Origin: Octopus bimaculoides
Taxonomy: Eukaryota
DNA length: 52,845 nucleotides
Reading direction: 5' to 3'
Assembly: GCF_001194135.2 (NCBI RefSeq)
Contig: NC_068990.1
Coordinates: forward strand, 9,674,618 to 9,727,462
A program made the translations under genes and the position numbers. Positions 24,975-37,657 of this stretch are shown in pieces. The notes below the pieces were generated by a model, which did not search any database, was not told where the DNA came from, and saw only the letters and a program-made list of their open reading frames with translations. Positions within the stretch are counted from its first letter, which is position 1. The number at the start of each line of letters is the position of its first letter.

Positions 24975-25425
24975 TAGACTGGAATGGACAGTCTCTGTGT
25001 TGAAATCCTGAAAGATGGAAGTGAAAATCTGTTTCAAAGTCTAGCGAACCTAATGGCAACATTTACGGTTGAATAAAAGTGTTGCAAATTATTGGAGAGG
25101 AACGCTCATTGTGTTTCTCTATAAAGAGAAAAGTAGAGTAAGCGACTGAGAATTACCATAGAATATCCGCTACGTTTTTTAGACTAGGTGTCGTGTAGGA
25201 TTATGCAGACACGCTTCTCAAAATCGTCGCTCATAATTACCTGTATCAGGTTCTGTATAGTTTCAGTAATAGTAGAGGCACAAGGTATGTGATCTTTTCT
25301 GTTATATAATTTCAAGACACAACGCATTGAGCAGAAGGAACTATATCTAGTCTTTGTTAAGGTAACTCAGGTTTCTGATACTGCGAATAGAAGCTTCCTA
25401 TTGAACATTCTGCGAAAGCTTAGGT
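24975..25425 (+). pseudogene. RTE-clade LINE reverse-transcriptase fragment (domains 0-2)
   Basis: TGMDSLCVEILKDGSENL; YWRGTLIVFLYKEK; ENYHRIS; YSFSNSRGTRYVIFSV; EQKELYLVFVK..SDTANRSFLLNILRKL. Collinear with APGxDGI.EILK / W..IVPLYK / NYRGIS / GFR.GRGT.D.IF / LYxxFVD..KAFD. Confidence 0.75.
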
Positions 25426-26494
25426 GACTTCAATATACTAATGCAATATTTTGTTCTCTTTCACAATATGCAAATTGAAATGTATACTTCCACTACGTTA
25501 CCTTCATTACTATTCAAAACTGTTAAATTTTAAATTAACCCATTCTATATACGAAATGAGGTTCTCTAACTTTTCGCTTTATATAGCAGGAGAATCATAT
25601 TTAAGTATTTTTATTATATTTTCATTTGACTTCTAATAGCAGAAATATATGATACAGTATCTAAATCACTTTCCATGGTACATTAGCAAAAATGTTTAAC
25701 TTTCAAAAGGGAAATGGGATATCGTATTTGGAATTTCGATTCATAAGAAACTTACAGCTCACGCAACAATACTGGCCGCCTGCAGTAATTTTAAATCGTA
25801 TCAGTTATCCAGATGTTTCTAATATTTACGTTTCAGTATCCACACAAAGAAACTAACCACACAAACGTAGCCGCTTCTATTTCTTAGATATATCTTGAAT
25901 AGAGTTACCTGGATTTCTATGATCTTCTCATTGTGTATGTTTCTTCCTGATTCGATACTGATAGTTCACATCAGCAACAGCTTTCCTGTAAATGTCTATT
26001 GGGTATGAAAGAAATTTCCTTTGAGAAGAAGATTAATGTTTCTGAAAGCTACATGCGTGCATACGATAATCATGTCCCATATCGATCGAAATACCTTTCG
26101 TTGGTCACGGAATGAAATGTATTTATTCTGTATACCTGGCTAATTTCACAAAAGCTATAGAAACGGCAATATTTTATCTCGGGTCTTTTTATTGTTTATC
26201 AAATATAACGGTAAAAAGAATGAACGACTTAAGTTTTAATCGGAATTATTTATTGATTAACTGAGATAAAGCTGAACAAGTTGATTCATTTTATATATTA
26301 TATCTATACAACAGGATCTACATCATTAATCCATAGAATAAAATTGTTTATTTTCTACGCAAATATTTGCCTTAAGCTTTTAGATACAATATTAAACCAT
26401 TCCCTTAAATGAAACTACAATATCTAAAAAAATAAATTAACATTTATAACATTTGTATTCCTCTCATTAAATCTTTATTCATACTTAAATTGGT

Positions 26495-26694
26495 TTCAAA
26501 TTCTGGCACAAGACGAGCAAGTTCGGTGAAGGAGTAAGTCGATTACATGAACCCCACTGCTCAACTAGTTCTTATTTCATAGAGCGGGAAAGGGTGAAAG
26601 GAAAAGTCGACCACAGTGGAATTTGAACTCATAACATAAAGACAGACAAAATCGCGTTAAGCATTTTGCCTGGCGAGCTAACGCTTCTGCTAGC
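26495..26694 (-). mobile_element. SINE family B
   Basis: Reverse complement GCTAGCAGAAGCGTTAGCTCGCCAGGCAAAATGCTTAACG...GAGTTCAAATTCCACTGTGGTCGACTTTTCCTTTCA. Confidence 0.8.
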
Positions 26695-26997
26695 ATTATA
26701 TTCTGCCTTACTTTATATTTATATTAGAATTATTCTGGTGTAGTTTTATAAAATTGTAGCACCGGACACAGAAATAAAGTCTCATTGAAAGGAAATCTTC
26801 AATGGCGCTTATATTCCCTGGGTGTTTTTTTTTGCAACCATATAGTATTAGAAGCATACAACTAGTCCTATACTATGTGATTAAAAAGAGCACGTTAAGC
26901 ATGGATGGGTGTTTAAGTATGTAACTTATTAGATCAGAATGCAGAGAGCCAAAAACATATATGAAATAATCTCATCCAGTGCTCTGAGAATTACGCC

Positions 26998-27155
26998 AAC
27001 AGACCACTTTCGACTGGTACCCAATTACATCAACCACAGAAAATTTTAAGGTAAAGTTTGCTTCGTTGGGATTTGAACATACAGCATAGAAATTGGGAAC
27101 AAATACCGGAGTGTACCTTGTCTTGCAGTCTGACGATTGAACTAATTCGTCGACT
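26998..27155 (-). mobile_element. SINE family B, diverged
   Basis: ACTGGTACCCAATTACATCAACC...AAGGTAAAGTTTGCTTCGTTGGGATTTGAAC is collinear with 26570-26630. Confidence 0.55.
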
Positions 27156-27697
27156 ATAGCTCTGCTACCATTTGGAAATTAATCACAGATTATTCAATTT
27201 ACCCTTCCTTAAAAGAGAAGCCCGTGTAGAGTTTTAAAAAATTACATTTATTTTATATAGCAGACCATTTTATAATGTCATATTAGAGGTAATGCCTATC
27301 CCGTAAATTATATATTCATAGTGTATTTAATTCAGCGTATACGTATATTATACGTCCCTGTTATTTTAAGACCTTCAGGTGTGAATTAACTAACGTAGGC
27401 TATCTCGTTGGATCAGCTACGTTCTTTGTAAGGAACTGTATTTATTCATAACGTCTAAGTACAGCAATCAAACCAAGCAAAGGAATAGTAAATATTTAAC
27501 TATGAATACAATTTAAAACCTCTACAGTAATTGGAACCTTCTATTAGACAGAAAATAAACAGGCAGTATATAAACATACCTCTCCAGGTCCAAATGTACT
27601 TAGAATTCTGTGAATATGTGTGAAATGCATTTTCTCAACAGGAACATACCAATCGCCATTTATAGTGCGATGTAGTATGTAATATTAGTTTACTTGG

Positions 27698-27731
<34 letters not shown>

Positions 27732-27732
27732 T

Positions 27733-27850
27733 CCTGTAGGAGCCCCTACACGGATACACTAGAAGAAGGAGACTGAGGATGACATATGTTGATGCCCTAA
27801 GGACAGACACTGGTCTCTGGGAGACACAGGACATGGCAGCGACAAAGACG

Positions 27851-27853
<3 letters not shown>
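27733..27853 (+). pseudogene. RTE LINE extreme C-terminal fragment
   Basis: [27 protein letters not shown] matches the pattern LWEPxHGxRxRGRPxxTYxDxLxxDTGL. Confidence 0.6.
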
Positions 27854-27932
<79 letters not shown>

Positions 27933-28787
27933 TGTGTGTGTTTGTGTGTGTGTCTGTTTGTGTGTGTGTTTGTCTGTGTGTGCTGAAACAATTCATTTTC
28001 AATAAGTGTCTCACTCTTTTCATTTACGGAAATATATTCGTTAGTTCTGCATAGTATTGTGCAATATTACTAATAATAATCAAAATTAACAGTGGCATCA
28101 CTCTGTTTGAATAAACACTTTTGTCAACCCCACGCATGATGTTTTATTTAATTTAATAAGCTCATCACGCAGTAGTGGCATCTGGTTTGAAATTTTCTTG
28201 TGTTTGCAAAGATGATTTTTCTGAGTCAATTATCGATTACTAGCAGTATAACCCGACGTTGTCCGGGTGTGACTTATTACGCCACCTACGATAAGTCTTG
28301 CTAGGTGAAAATCAACTAAAAAAGAAAGCCTTACAATGAAAAAACCCTTATGATGTAAATATGTTCATAATTCAAAAGACGAAATTAACAGGGGAAGTCT
28401 GAAGGCTGTTTTGCGTAACATTATTAATCGTACGTAAATTTCATCCGTCTAATTGGCTATACAAATGCTTGTGCAAAACAACTTTTTGCGCTGCTTGATT
28501 ACACATAACAGGGTAATTCCTTTTCGCAGGAGGTAGGACGGCAATTTCTGATGAAGCAATTGCTGGCGATCTGTTGCTACACAGTTCTGCCAGAATTCTA
28601 TCAGATTGGGCAGTAGATGATGATGCACCGTTTTGCATTATGTTCAAAGTAACTTCTGGAATGTTGTGAACTGCTGCAGTCTGTTGCTGTCTTTTTTAAA
28701 TGGAGGCATAATCTATGCACATATTAAACAGAACAACAAAAGTTATAACAGATGGGAAGGTCGGTAGTTTTCACATTTCGGTGATTT

Positions 28788-28935
28788 TTCAGATTAACAC
28801 CCGCACGATTACGTAACCCTAACCCTAAAACCGTAACCGTAAGACTAACCCTCATCGTAACCCTAAAACCGTAACCCTGACCCAAAAACCGTAACCCTAA
28901 CACCCTAGTGAAAATCGTGCGGGTGTTAATCTGAA
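28788..28935. mobile_element. MITE-like unit: perfect 23-bp TIRs enclosing degenerate (TAACCC)n
   Basis: TTCAGATTAACACCCGCACGATT (28788-28810) and its exact reverse complement (28913-28935). Opposite-orientation relatives at 29073-29143 (cut by a gap) and 29472-29577. Confidence 0.8.
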
Positions 28936-29542
28936 TAATAATAATAATGACCTCTGCAGATCAAACTCCCAACCCACAACTAAGTCTTAAGTGCATATAT
29001 ATATGGGCAACACACACACTAAATAAAAAAGATGTTAGTAAGTAAAAGTGTTTTAAAAAAGATTGTTAAATTTTCAGATTAACACCCGTAAGATTTTCAC
29101 TACAGTGTTAGGGTTAGGGTTTGTTAGGGATAGGGTTTGTTAGNNNNNNNNNNNNNNNNNNNNNNNNNNNNNNNNNNNNNNNNNNNNNNNNNNNNNNNNN
29201 NNNNNNNNNNNNNNNNGGGGTCTAAAAAATAAGTACCAGTTGAACACAGGGGTCAATATAATCGACTATTCTCCACCTGCCCGAAGCCGCCGTTGTGGGA
29301 AAAATTTAAAATAATAATAATAATAATAAATAAATAATAATAATAATGACCTCTGCCGATCAAACTCCCAACCCACAACTAAGTCTTAAGTGTATATATA
29401 TATGGGCAACACACACACTAAATAAAAAAGATGTTAGTAAGTAAAAGTGTTTTAAAAAAGATTGTTAAATTTTCAGATTAACACCCGTACGATTTTCACT
29501 ACAGTGTTAGGGTTAGGGTTTGTTAGGGATAGGGTTTGTTAG
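28934..29542 (+). repeat. ~210-bp direct duplication (about 28934-29143 and 29334-29542) flanking a gap and a SINE B fragment
   Basis: Three substitutions seen (GCAGATC/GCCGATC, GTGCATA/GTGTATA, CGTAAGA/CGTACGA). Confidence 0.85.
29217..29310 (+). mobile_element. SINE family B 3' fragment with (AAT)n tail
   Basis: GGGGTCTAAAAAATAAGTACCAGTTGAACACAGGGGTCAATATAATCGACT, homologous to 46750-46805. Confidence 0.7.
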
Positions 29543-32500
29543 GCTTAGGTAGGTAATGATGCGGGTGTTAATCTCAAGATTTACGAAAAGATTTTCAAAA
29601 AGAACTCACAGTTTGTAGGGAATAAATGTTTGTTGATCGTATTTGAGAAAGATGTCTAGCTGGTAAATGACGGTGTTAGAAATGGAAAGTAAATTTATAA
29701 TTCCCGCCAATTAGAATGAGGTCATTGGTAACGATAGGTACATATATATGTGTGTATTTTCGTATGATTGGCAGTGTGTCTATTTATTTGACTCTCACTC
29801 TCCTTCATTTCTTTGTCTTTTTTCTTGGATCATTCGTAAACGCTCATAAGAAAAAGTAGCAATTGAAACGATGTGTAAGAGGAATAGAAATAGTTAATTT
29901 TAGAGGGGCAAAGTAATTTTGCAGGTACTTTTAGTATCTGTTATTACAGTATCGAAATATGATTTGATACTGAAATAGCTTTCTTTTTCTCCTTCCTTTA
30001 TTTTTGTATTTGTTGTTGGATTTTTCGTAAAGGCTCATTAAGAGAAAGTAGGAGTTGAAAGGATTTGTATTAGAAAGAGGAAATTAGATTTTATTATGGA
30101 GAAAATGTTTACTTGTGTAGTTTTAAGGATTTTATTCGCTATTAGGAATTTTTTGGAGTGAAAAAATGACGCAGTGACCTACCTTATTGTATTTAGAATA
30201 TTAATTGCGATTGTTTAATCGAAGAAATTTGGAATTGTGTAAATGTATGAATTTTAAACATACACACACACAGAGAAAATCTGCCTTTTATAGTATAGAT
30301 TTATTATTGAACACAGTTTGTAGCTTTCACATCTTGATTAATTTGTAAAATAAAATATTCATTGATCATTACTGCAAACTCAAATAATATTTAGACTGGA
30401 GCTAAAGGATGATACTAGCTAGCTTTCAGTAATGTATTATTGAGCACTGGCGTTGAGGGGAAAGCTGAGCGAATTAGATTTAGACTTCACTTCTCTTAGT
30501 ATCACATAGTTGTTAATCTACATCTTTGTACACAAAGTTTCCTACAATACCATTTTCATCTTTTTCTTTTGTTCTTAATGAAGTAAAGAAGACACGGCTG
30601 TACTATGATTAAATGTAAGCTACATCAAAAATTCTTCTTGCAATTCTTTGAAGCGCACCAAATGAAAGAGTTTAAAAATCTTTCACCAATCAAAGCATCA
30701 AAGTATCTATGCTTCAATATTGTAAATTGGTAATTGAACACTACGTCATCTATACATAAAAGCTACTGTTGTTGAGTAGCTTCCTTTAGCTTTATTGTAG
30801 CAATCACGTCGTACAGGTATAAAGTTACCATATATGTATTGGCATATCTTCTATAAAAACATATCACGAAGCGTAACATACATTGTTGTTTCAATTTTAT
30901 TTTGAATTTAAATCCAATTCGTGTTGAGAATAATTACCCCAAGGTTAGCAATTCTACCGAGCGTTCTGAGGATGAAGAGAACTTGAATAATATTTGCTAA
31001 CTGAAATGAGTTTTACGTGATGTTTAAACATATACATAGGCATCAGGATGATATTTTCAGAGAACAGGAAACAAACGTGATGTTCTAGGAAAAGCAAATG
31101 TAAAGTTAAATTAACAGTGGTCACTAACATAATTTGTTGCAACTATAGATTCGTGTCATATCTTCTATGGCCCGGTAAATGAATATTGTATTCAGGGGCA
31201 TATCAGTCATAGAGTAAAACATATGCTGCATAGATGAAGTGAAAGAAAAATGAATGTAAGTTAAATTTAAGCCAATATCTGCTTAAAAATATAGAAAAGG
31301 TAGGTTTTTCAGGCAAAGAAAGAAGCCTGCTAAGATACACTTTCGAAATACAGTCGGTAAATGGAACAATGAAGACATTCAAAACTTTTCTAAAGTTTGA
31401 CATGCAATACTTATTCTTGTTTTATCAAAATCCCAGCTCTTTCTTTGCTACAAACCAGCTCAATTATTTCTATGAAGGATTCTAACAAATAAAAAGCCAC
31501 AAAAAATTTCATATCTATGTGAATGTGGCTGTGTACAGTCCATTCATTTTGCTATTCAAACGAAAATCGTAAGATATTTATATATGAAAGTAATTACTTC
31601 GTTGGAAGAAATTATTCAAATTTGTTCCCGTCTCTTAGTGCGGAAAACGAAAGCTACTTTCTCTTTGCCAGCTATTTTATCATTGAGGGACAGATTATAC
31701 ACGATAAACTATTTAAACATTAGCATTCAGATAAATATATGCATTTTGATGTCTCCAAGCGTAAAATTGTAACTAGTGGCCTGAAAGCAAGTTAAAATCA
31801 TGGATTGCCTATTTTCTGGGAACAAAAAATCATGCCTTTAATATTTACAGGAATTATAAGTACTTATAAATACTTTCCTTATGTAGGAAAGCTGCTCTGC
31901 ATTTAGTAGCAATCACGTATCATTTATTATTTATTATTACCTATTTCAATCTTAAGCTTGAAACGTTTTGAACCTCTGGTATAAAAGTTTAGGATCCCCT
32001 ACCTGTTTACTTGAAAATATTTTCTAAACCCTGCTCAAGGTTCATTGACCCTGCAGATCGTCTATACACGATATTGAAAACTCCAGGTATACACGATTTC
32101 TTTTTCCTTAGATAAATATTACCCATATTTCTTTCAGAGTACAAGGACTGTCGCTAAAACCCGGATAGCCACCGTCATGATTTTTTCAGATACACAAGAA
32201 GATGTGATAATAATATAAAAGACATCTTTAGATATATGGGTTCACTATCAGATTTGACTCAACATTAAGAAAAACAGCCTGGAACGGCTTTTATTTCTAT
32301 TTCTCTAACTCTTTTACGATGTTGTTATTGAAAAGTGTCTCTTGTCTGTGGACTAAGTTATTAGTAATTTCCAGCATTTATTAATATTTCCAATATTTAA
32401 TAATGATTTTAAATTGAAGTTGAACTGAATTAACTTTTTTTCTGAAATCTTCACGGAGCTTACTCACTCTCTATATATATGTTTAAAATTTATATTTTTT

Positions 32501-35173
32501 AAAATCTCAATTGTAATTATTTGTATTTAAATTATAAATTCAAAAATACTTCCGAAATGAGTTCCTTATAGCATTTTAGCAGATACTTAAAAAAATTATT
32601 TCTTTCCTAGTATTTTAAAATTTCTTCAGGCTTAATGAATAATCTACTCATATTTTGTTTTGTCGTTTTCTTGTTCGTATTATAGCCATAGGCTGTTAAT
32701 TTTAATAGGAATAAATTATCGTTAACTTGGGTCTACTTATTAGCTTGTCTTTTAATTAAATATTATATGCGATTTTATGTTTCGCTGCTTGGAAAAATCT
32801 TCCATTCATATCATTCAGATTTCAGACCGAGTATATTTTAATTTTTTCCTATATTTGTTGTCATTCTCTAACTAGGCATGATTGTATTTGATTAATAAAA
32901 GTTTCAAATCAAACTTTACGCGTCATCGTACGTATATGTGTGTTTTGAGGTTTTGGTGGACTTTCAGATTTGTGCATTTTCCAGTTTAATTCTATATAAG
33001 CCGGCATTTTAGTTCCAGTGTAATTCAAACGCATGAAAAGTGTTATTCAATAGAAGCTGTATTGAAATGATCATTCATAGTGATTTTTCTTTTCTGGTGT
33101 TGTTTTTTAATCATACATTCAAATGTGGCTTCGAGTTCCACGTTTCAAGCAAAACAAAAATCCCGTCTAGTTTTTGAGACATTTACAAATAATGGTAACG
33201 TTTTCCCTGGAAATACATGTAATTTCATAGAGGCAGCTTTTCTTCATTTCCTGGAACACGAAGCTTGATTAGCTTTACATTGAAATTTCCATGCTTTTCA
33301 TTTGCTGTTCAATCGATTTATTGCAGTCATTTTGTTTTATTATTTTCATAATTAATTCTTTGCAAATATTTCTCACAATGGTTTATTATACTACTCAATA
33401 TTGCCATATAGTTTCTGGAACTTTAAATTTCATATATTGCTTTTCTTCTTTGGCATGAAGTGTAAATGCTGTTACGTGTTTATGTGACGTGTAATATGTT
33501 TATACTAGTTAACAACAATTTATCAAAAGAAACACTGAATTTGTAAATGAAACGAATAAACATAGAGAAATAAAATCTGTGCGTTAATTTTAATTCGATT
33601 GTCATTGTTCACCAGAGTTTAGCTACAGGTATGAAATATAATAGGATATTGTTGCCGTTGCTCTTTAGCTGAAATTCAACCCTGACCGAGGAGACTTACA
33701 GACAAAGTCATTCCAGCAGTAACTATGCATTATGTATAGTTGTATCTAGAACCATATACTAATAGGTTACTTTTTCTCATAATAGCTAATTGTGTCTAAT
33801 ATTTCTATAGACAAAGGAATCTAGGCTAAAACAACAGGATTTTTAGAGGTGTCTAAGCAGTAAATTTTTAAATGTATCATTCCGTTTCTGAAATTATTAA
33901 CATATCATTTCTAAAGTATTTGGATAATATATCTAACAGATTGCGAAACATAATAGAGGCTTCCTCCTTGGCTCGTAGTAAAAAAGAAAAGATGCTTCCT
34001 TGCCAGCAGTAGACATTTCATTGTTTGCATAACAAATATAGTTAACAAGTGGGCTAGCCTAATTGGTATTATTGAAAGAACTGGAACTGATAGGAAGCAA
34101 TGGGAAAGTTTTATGATTGATGAATATTTCATTAGCTTCAACAGTTCAATAAAACTTTACTATAGTAAAGTTTTAGAAACGAATGACATATGCCAGCGGA
34201 TAAGTGGATTTTATTTTGCGTGCTGAAAAAGAAGCCAGAGATAGCAAGAACTGTTGACAAGACTTATAAAGAAATGTGCTACACTTTCTCAGACAAGCTG
34301 GATATATTTCGATTCCAGAGTAGTGGAGTAGCAGATGCATGAAGAATGATAAGTACTGAGGAACACCAAGATCTAATATTGGAATAAAATAGTAGTAATA
34401 CATACATGGGATATATCTTTCATATCTGGGTGAGATTTCTTTACATTTGCAGATATTGTATTGTGGATGAAGTAAAAAGGTCATAAGGACAGAAGTTTAA
34501 GCAAAGAAATAGAAAACGATGAGTAGCTTTATTGCAAAATGGAATATATACAGTAAACATCACGGAAATGAAGCAACAGAAAATGGAAACGAGGAAGCAG
34601 ATTATTAGTGTTGGTGTTTTAAATACTAAATATTCATGGTGCAGCTGCGATTACGCAATATTCTTTAAATTATAAGCAATGAAACGTGCTATAAATATGT
34701 TCTATTCCTTTGCATAAATTCAACTGTAATTTTGCGAGTAAATGTGTTCCCTATCAATCTAGGTTTCAAGGATCGAGCATATGAAGTTTCTAGTGAAGCA
34801 GACCACAAAATGGTTTATATCCCAGTATCATGTACATTATTTAACCTAATAAGTTAATGGTGTTGCATTAAATATAACACAACACCCATGGAAATCACTC
34901 TAGACAGCACAAACAAGTTTTTCACTTGAAATTGTTCCATACGGTGTAGAGTAGAAGTAGGGACTTGGTAAGCTGTCACTGGATCAGATTTTTGTATATG
35001 GTTGTCATCGTTTTACTTTAAATAAAGTATTAATATATTTGACAAAGTTATGAACTTTAACTTTTCTTATAGCAACCGTTCTATACATCTCGCCTCTTCA
35101 ATTCATAATAACGTTTCTATCATAAATTCATATTGTGTTAATTCTAACACGCACGCGCGCACACACATACACT

Positions 35174-35216
<43 letters not shown>

Positions 35217-37259
35217 CCACACAGACTCTTACGCACACACACACACGAAATATTCGATCAACTGAGTTGAAAATGTTAATGTTAAGAAATAAATGAAAAT
35301 GTCTCAGGAAAACTGCTATTGATAAAAAAAAGAGAAAAACGAAAAAAAAAAAACATAATTATCTTATATTTCATCCGTTTGTCTGTTCGTCACTTACACT
35401 CTCTCACTCTCTTCACCGCAGTCTCTTTCTTTGCTTCCACATATGCACTCAAGCCATTATTTGAACAAAAGATATTTCAGAAAACCATAATTTTATCAAA
35501 TAAACACAATAGAAGAACGAATTGTAGTCTCGAATAACAGAAGATAAATTGTGACACTACTATACTGTTTTGAGTTAGGTAATATATTTTGTTGTCATAA
35601 AATATTCAAATATCTATGCATTTAGAGATTACAAGACTGAGTTGCACATATTTATTTAGAAGAGTGAGTATTCGAGAGTTAAAGAGATGATGACAGAGGA
35701 AGGAAGAGGTGATATATGACATGATAATTTTTGTTTAAACGTCTCTACGTGTGCAAATATATGCAGGAGAAGAAGGAGATTTCGTGACATATGTTGGTCA
35801 ACGCAAACATTATTATAATACAAATAAGATATTAGTGAGATGAATATGTGAGTTGTTTTTTTTAATGGCCGCAATCATCTCATTTCAAATGTGATTGCAA
35901 TGTCTTTGACAAAATCATGAACGTCAGCCATTTTCATAGAGAGTGCGCTATACATCTCAGTCAATTCACAATGAAGCTCATATCATAACTTCACATTGTA
36001 CTAATTCTAAAAGAGAATATGAAATATTCGATAAACCGTGTTTAAAATTGTGAAGATGAAGAAGCAGTTAAGGAAAAGTATGTTAAGAGAAAGGAGAAAA
36101 CATAACCATACAATTATTTACGATTACAGGAGTCTATCTGTCTGAAAGATGCTTAAACACACTCACTCACTCTCTGTCTCTCTCCCTCTTTCTCTCTCTA
36201 TCCCTGCCTTTTATTTCTAATAAATATGCACTGGAGCAACAATTTCAACAGAGGATATTTAAAATAACCGTATTTCTATCAATTAAATACAAAATAAGGG
36301 AACATTACATTGTAGAATAATAGAACAAGAATATAACTTTCAAAATCAATACACCACTTTGAGTTAGCTGATATAACGGATTTCAAATACCTTCACTTAC
36401 AAATATTGAGATACACCATCGAGATCTAATATGAAGGCGATCAGATGCGCGATAGGATACAACAAGATTATTTAGTTTTAAATATGTGAAAATGTGCAGA
36501 CAACACTGACAATTAAGTGTAATTTAATGATATACATATATGAACAACTTTCATTGTATATGCTCATATATACACACACGTGTATGCACATACATACAGC
36601 TTTCTAGATGATGACTATTATATAAATGCTAAGCAGTCACGAAGTTAAGGGCATGCTACTTTCTATGTAGAAATTGAATTTATCAAATGCTGATTTCCGA
36701 TCTGAGCACTTCATATTATATCATATTAAATAGAATCATGAGAATACTATATCTCTTGAGTGTCTTTATTCAAGGGGAATTACTAAAGAACATTAAATTA
36801 TGAGAAATTGATCTAATGAATGAAAATCATAATAATAAAAGAAAAAATACTTGAGGTGTAGCTTCGAGGAATGTAAGAGTACATTTAATTAGTGAATCGA
36901 CAGTGAACAGATTTAAAATATTTAATATTCCCTGTTTGAAATTTCTAATGAAATTTTGTATTCAGAAAAGAAAAAAAAAACTTTTCACTGAAGATTGAAT
37001 TATTACTAAATTAAAGATATTGGACACGTTTGATCTACAAACGATCTAATATTAACTTAGCACCAACACCATCATGGCTGGAGAGAAATCCTTTGCTATC
37101 TAGAATTGAGTTTATCACTAGTAATTCCAAAGAAGTACTTCTAAATGTTCCAAATTAATCATGAAAAAAGTTCCTTATATGCTTTTGCTGTCAAAAATGT
37201 CTCAGAAGAAATCCATCGTCTGGGTATTTTGGGATAAGTTGATGTAACAACTGTAAACT

Positions 37260-37570
37260 CACGCTATTGCTTGCTATCGTGAGAAACGTATTTTACTAAA
37301 GCCCCTGACTATAAATAAAAGCAACATACGGGCTGAAATAAACAAGTTGGAAGGACATGAGACGTAATACAACCGTACAGCATATTGGTGTTGAGACCGT
37401 AAGAAGACCAAGCAAATGATAATTATAGGTCAACTATGAATGTTGTCTATGAATGTTGTCTATTTTTACTGTCTGTCTTGTATTGATACAACCCTGAGGA
37501 GATACAATATCCCATATTTTATAGGATGCATGAATCGATCTGGATATTGCATCGAAATGGTCATAGGTCA
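37260..37570 (+). mobile_element. Decayed PLE 3' end with hammerhead-like motif
   Basis: RYCLLS*ETYF...LTINKSN resembles the PLE C-terminus CxLCLTEKxxI..LN(K/R)R. It is followed by CTGAGGA, an 11/12-bp stem, GAAA and TG-GTC at 37494-37562. Confidence 0.45.
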
Positions 37571-37613
37571 TACTAAAGTCTTTACAATGGATCAGATTTT
37601 AGCTCTTATTTAA

Positions 37614-37657
<44 letters not shown>

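Larger units (their letters stand above)
28240..30299 (-). mobile_element. Non-autonomous Helitron (~2.06 kb) with internal insertions
   Basis: Minus strand begins TC (30299-30298) after an A and ends CTAG (28243-28240) before a T, i.e. an A|T target with no TSD. GC-rich hairpin ACCC-G-GAC-AAC-GTC-GGGT at 28268-28251, 7 nt before CTAG. Diverged internal duplication about 29824-29900 versus 30015-30095. Confidence 0.8.

Noticed and set aside
25908-25984. Minus-strand exon-like unit (TTTACAG|...CCAG|GTAACT)
   Set aside because: All three frames contain stops; at most a non-coding exon, with no support.
28811-29545. Relic of a chromosome end or telomere fusion
   Set aside because: The repeats are short, degenerate and enclosed by TIRs inside a Helitron; better explained as mobile-element content.
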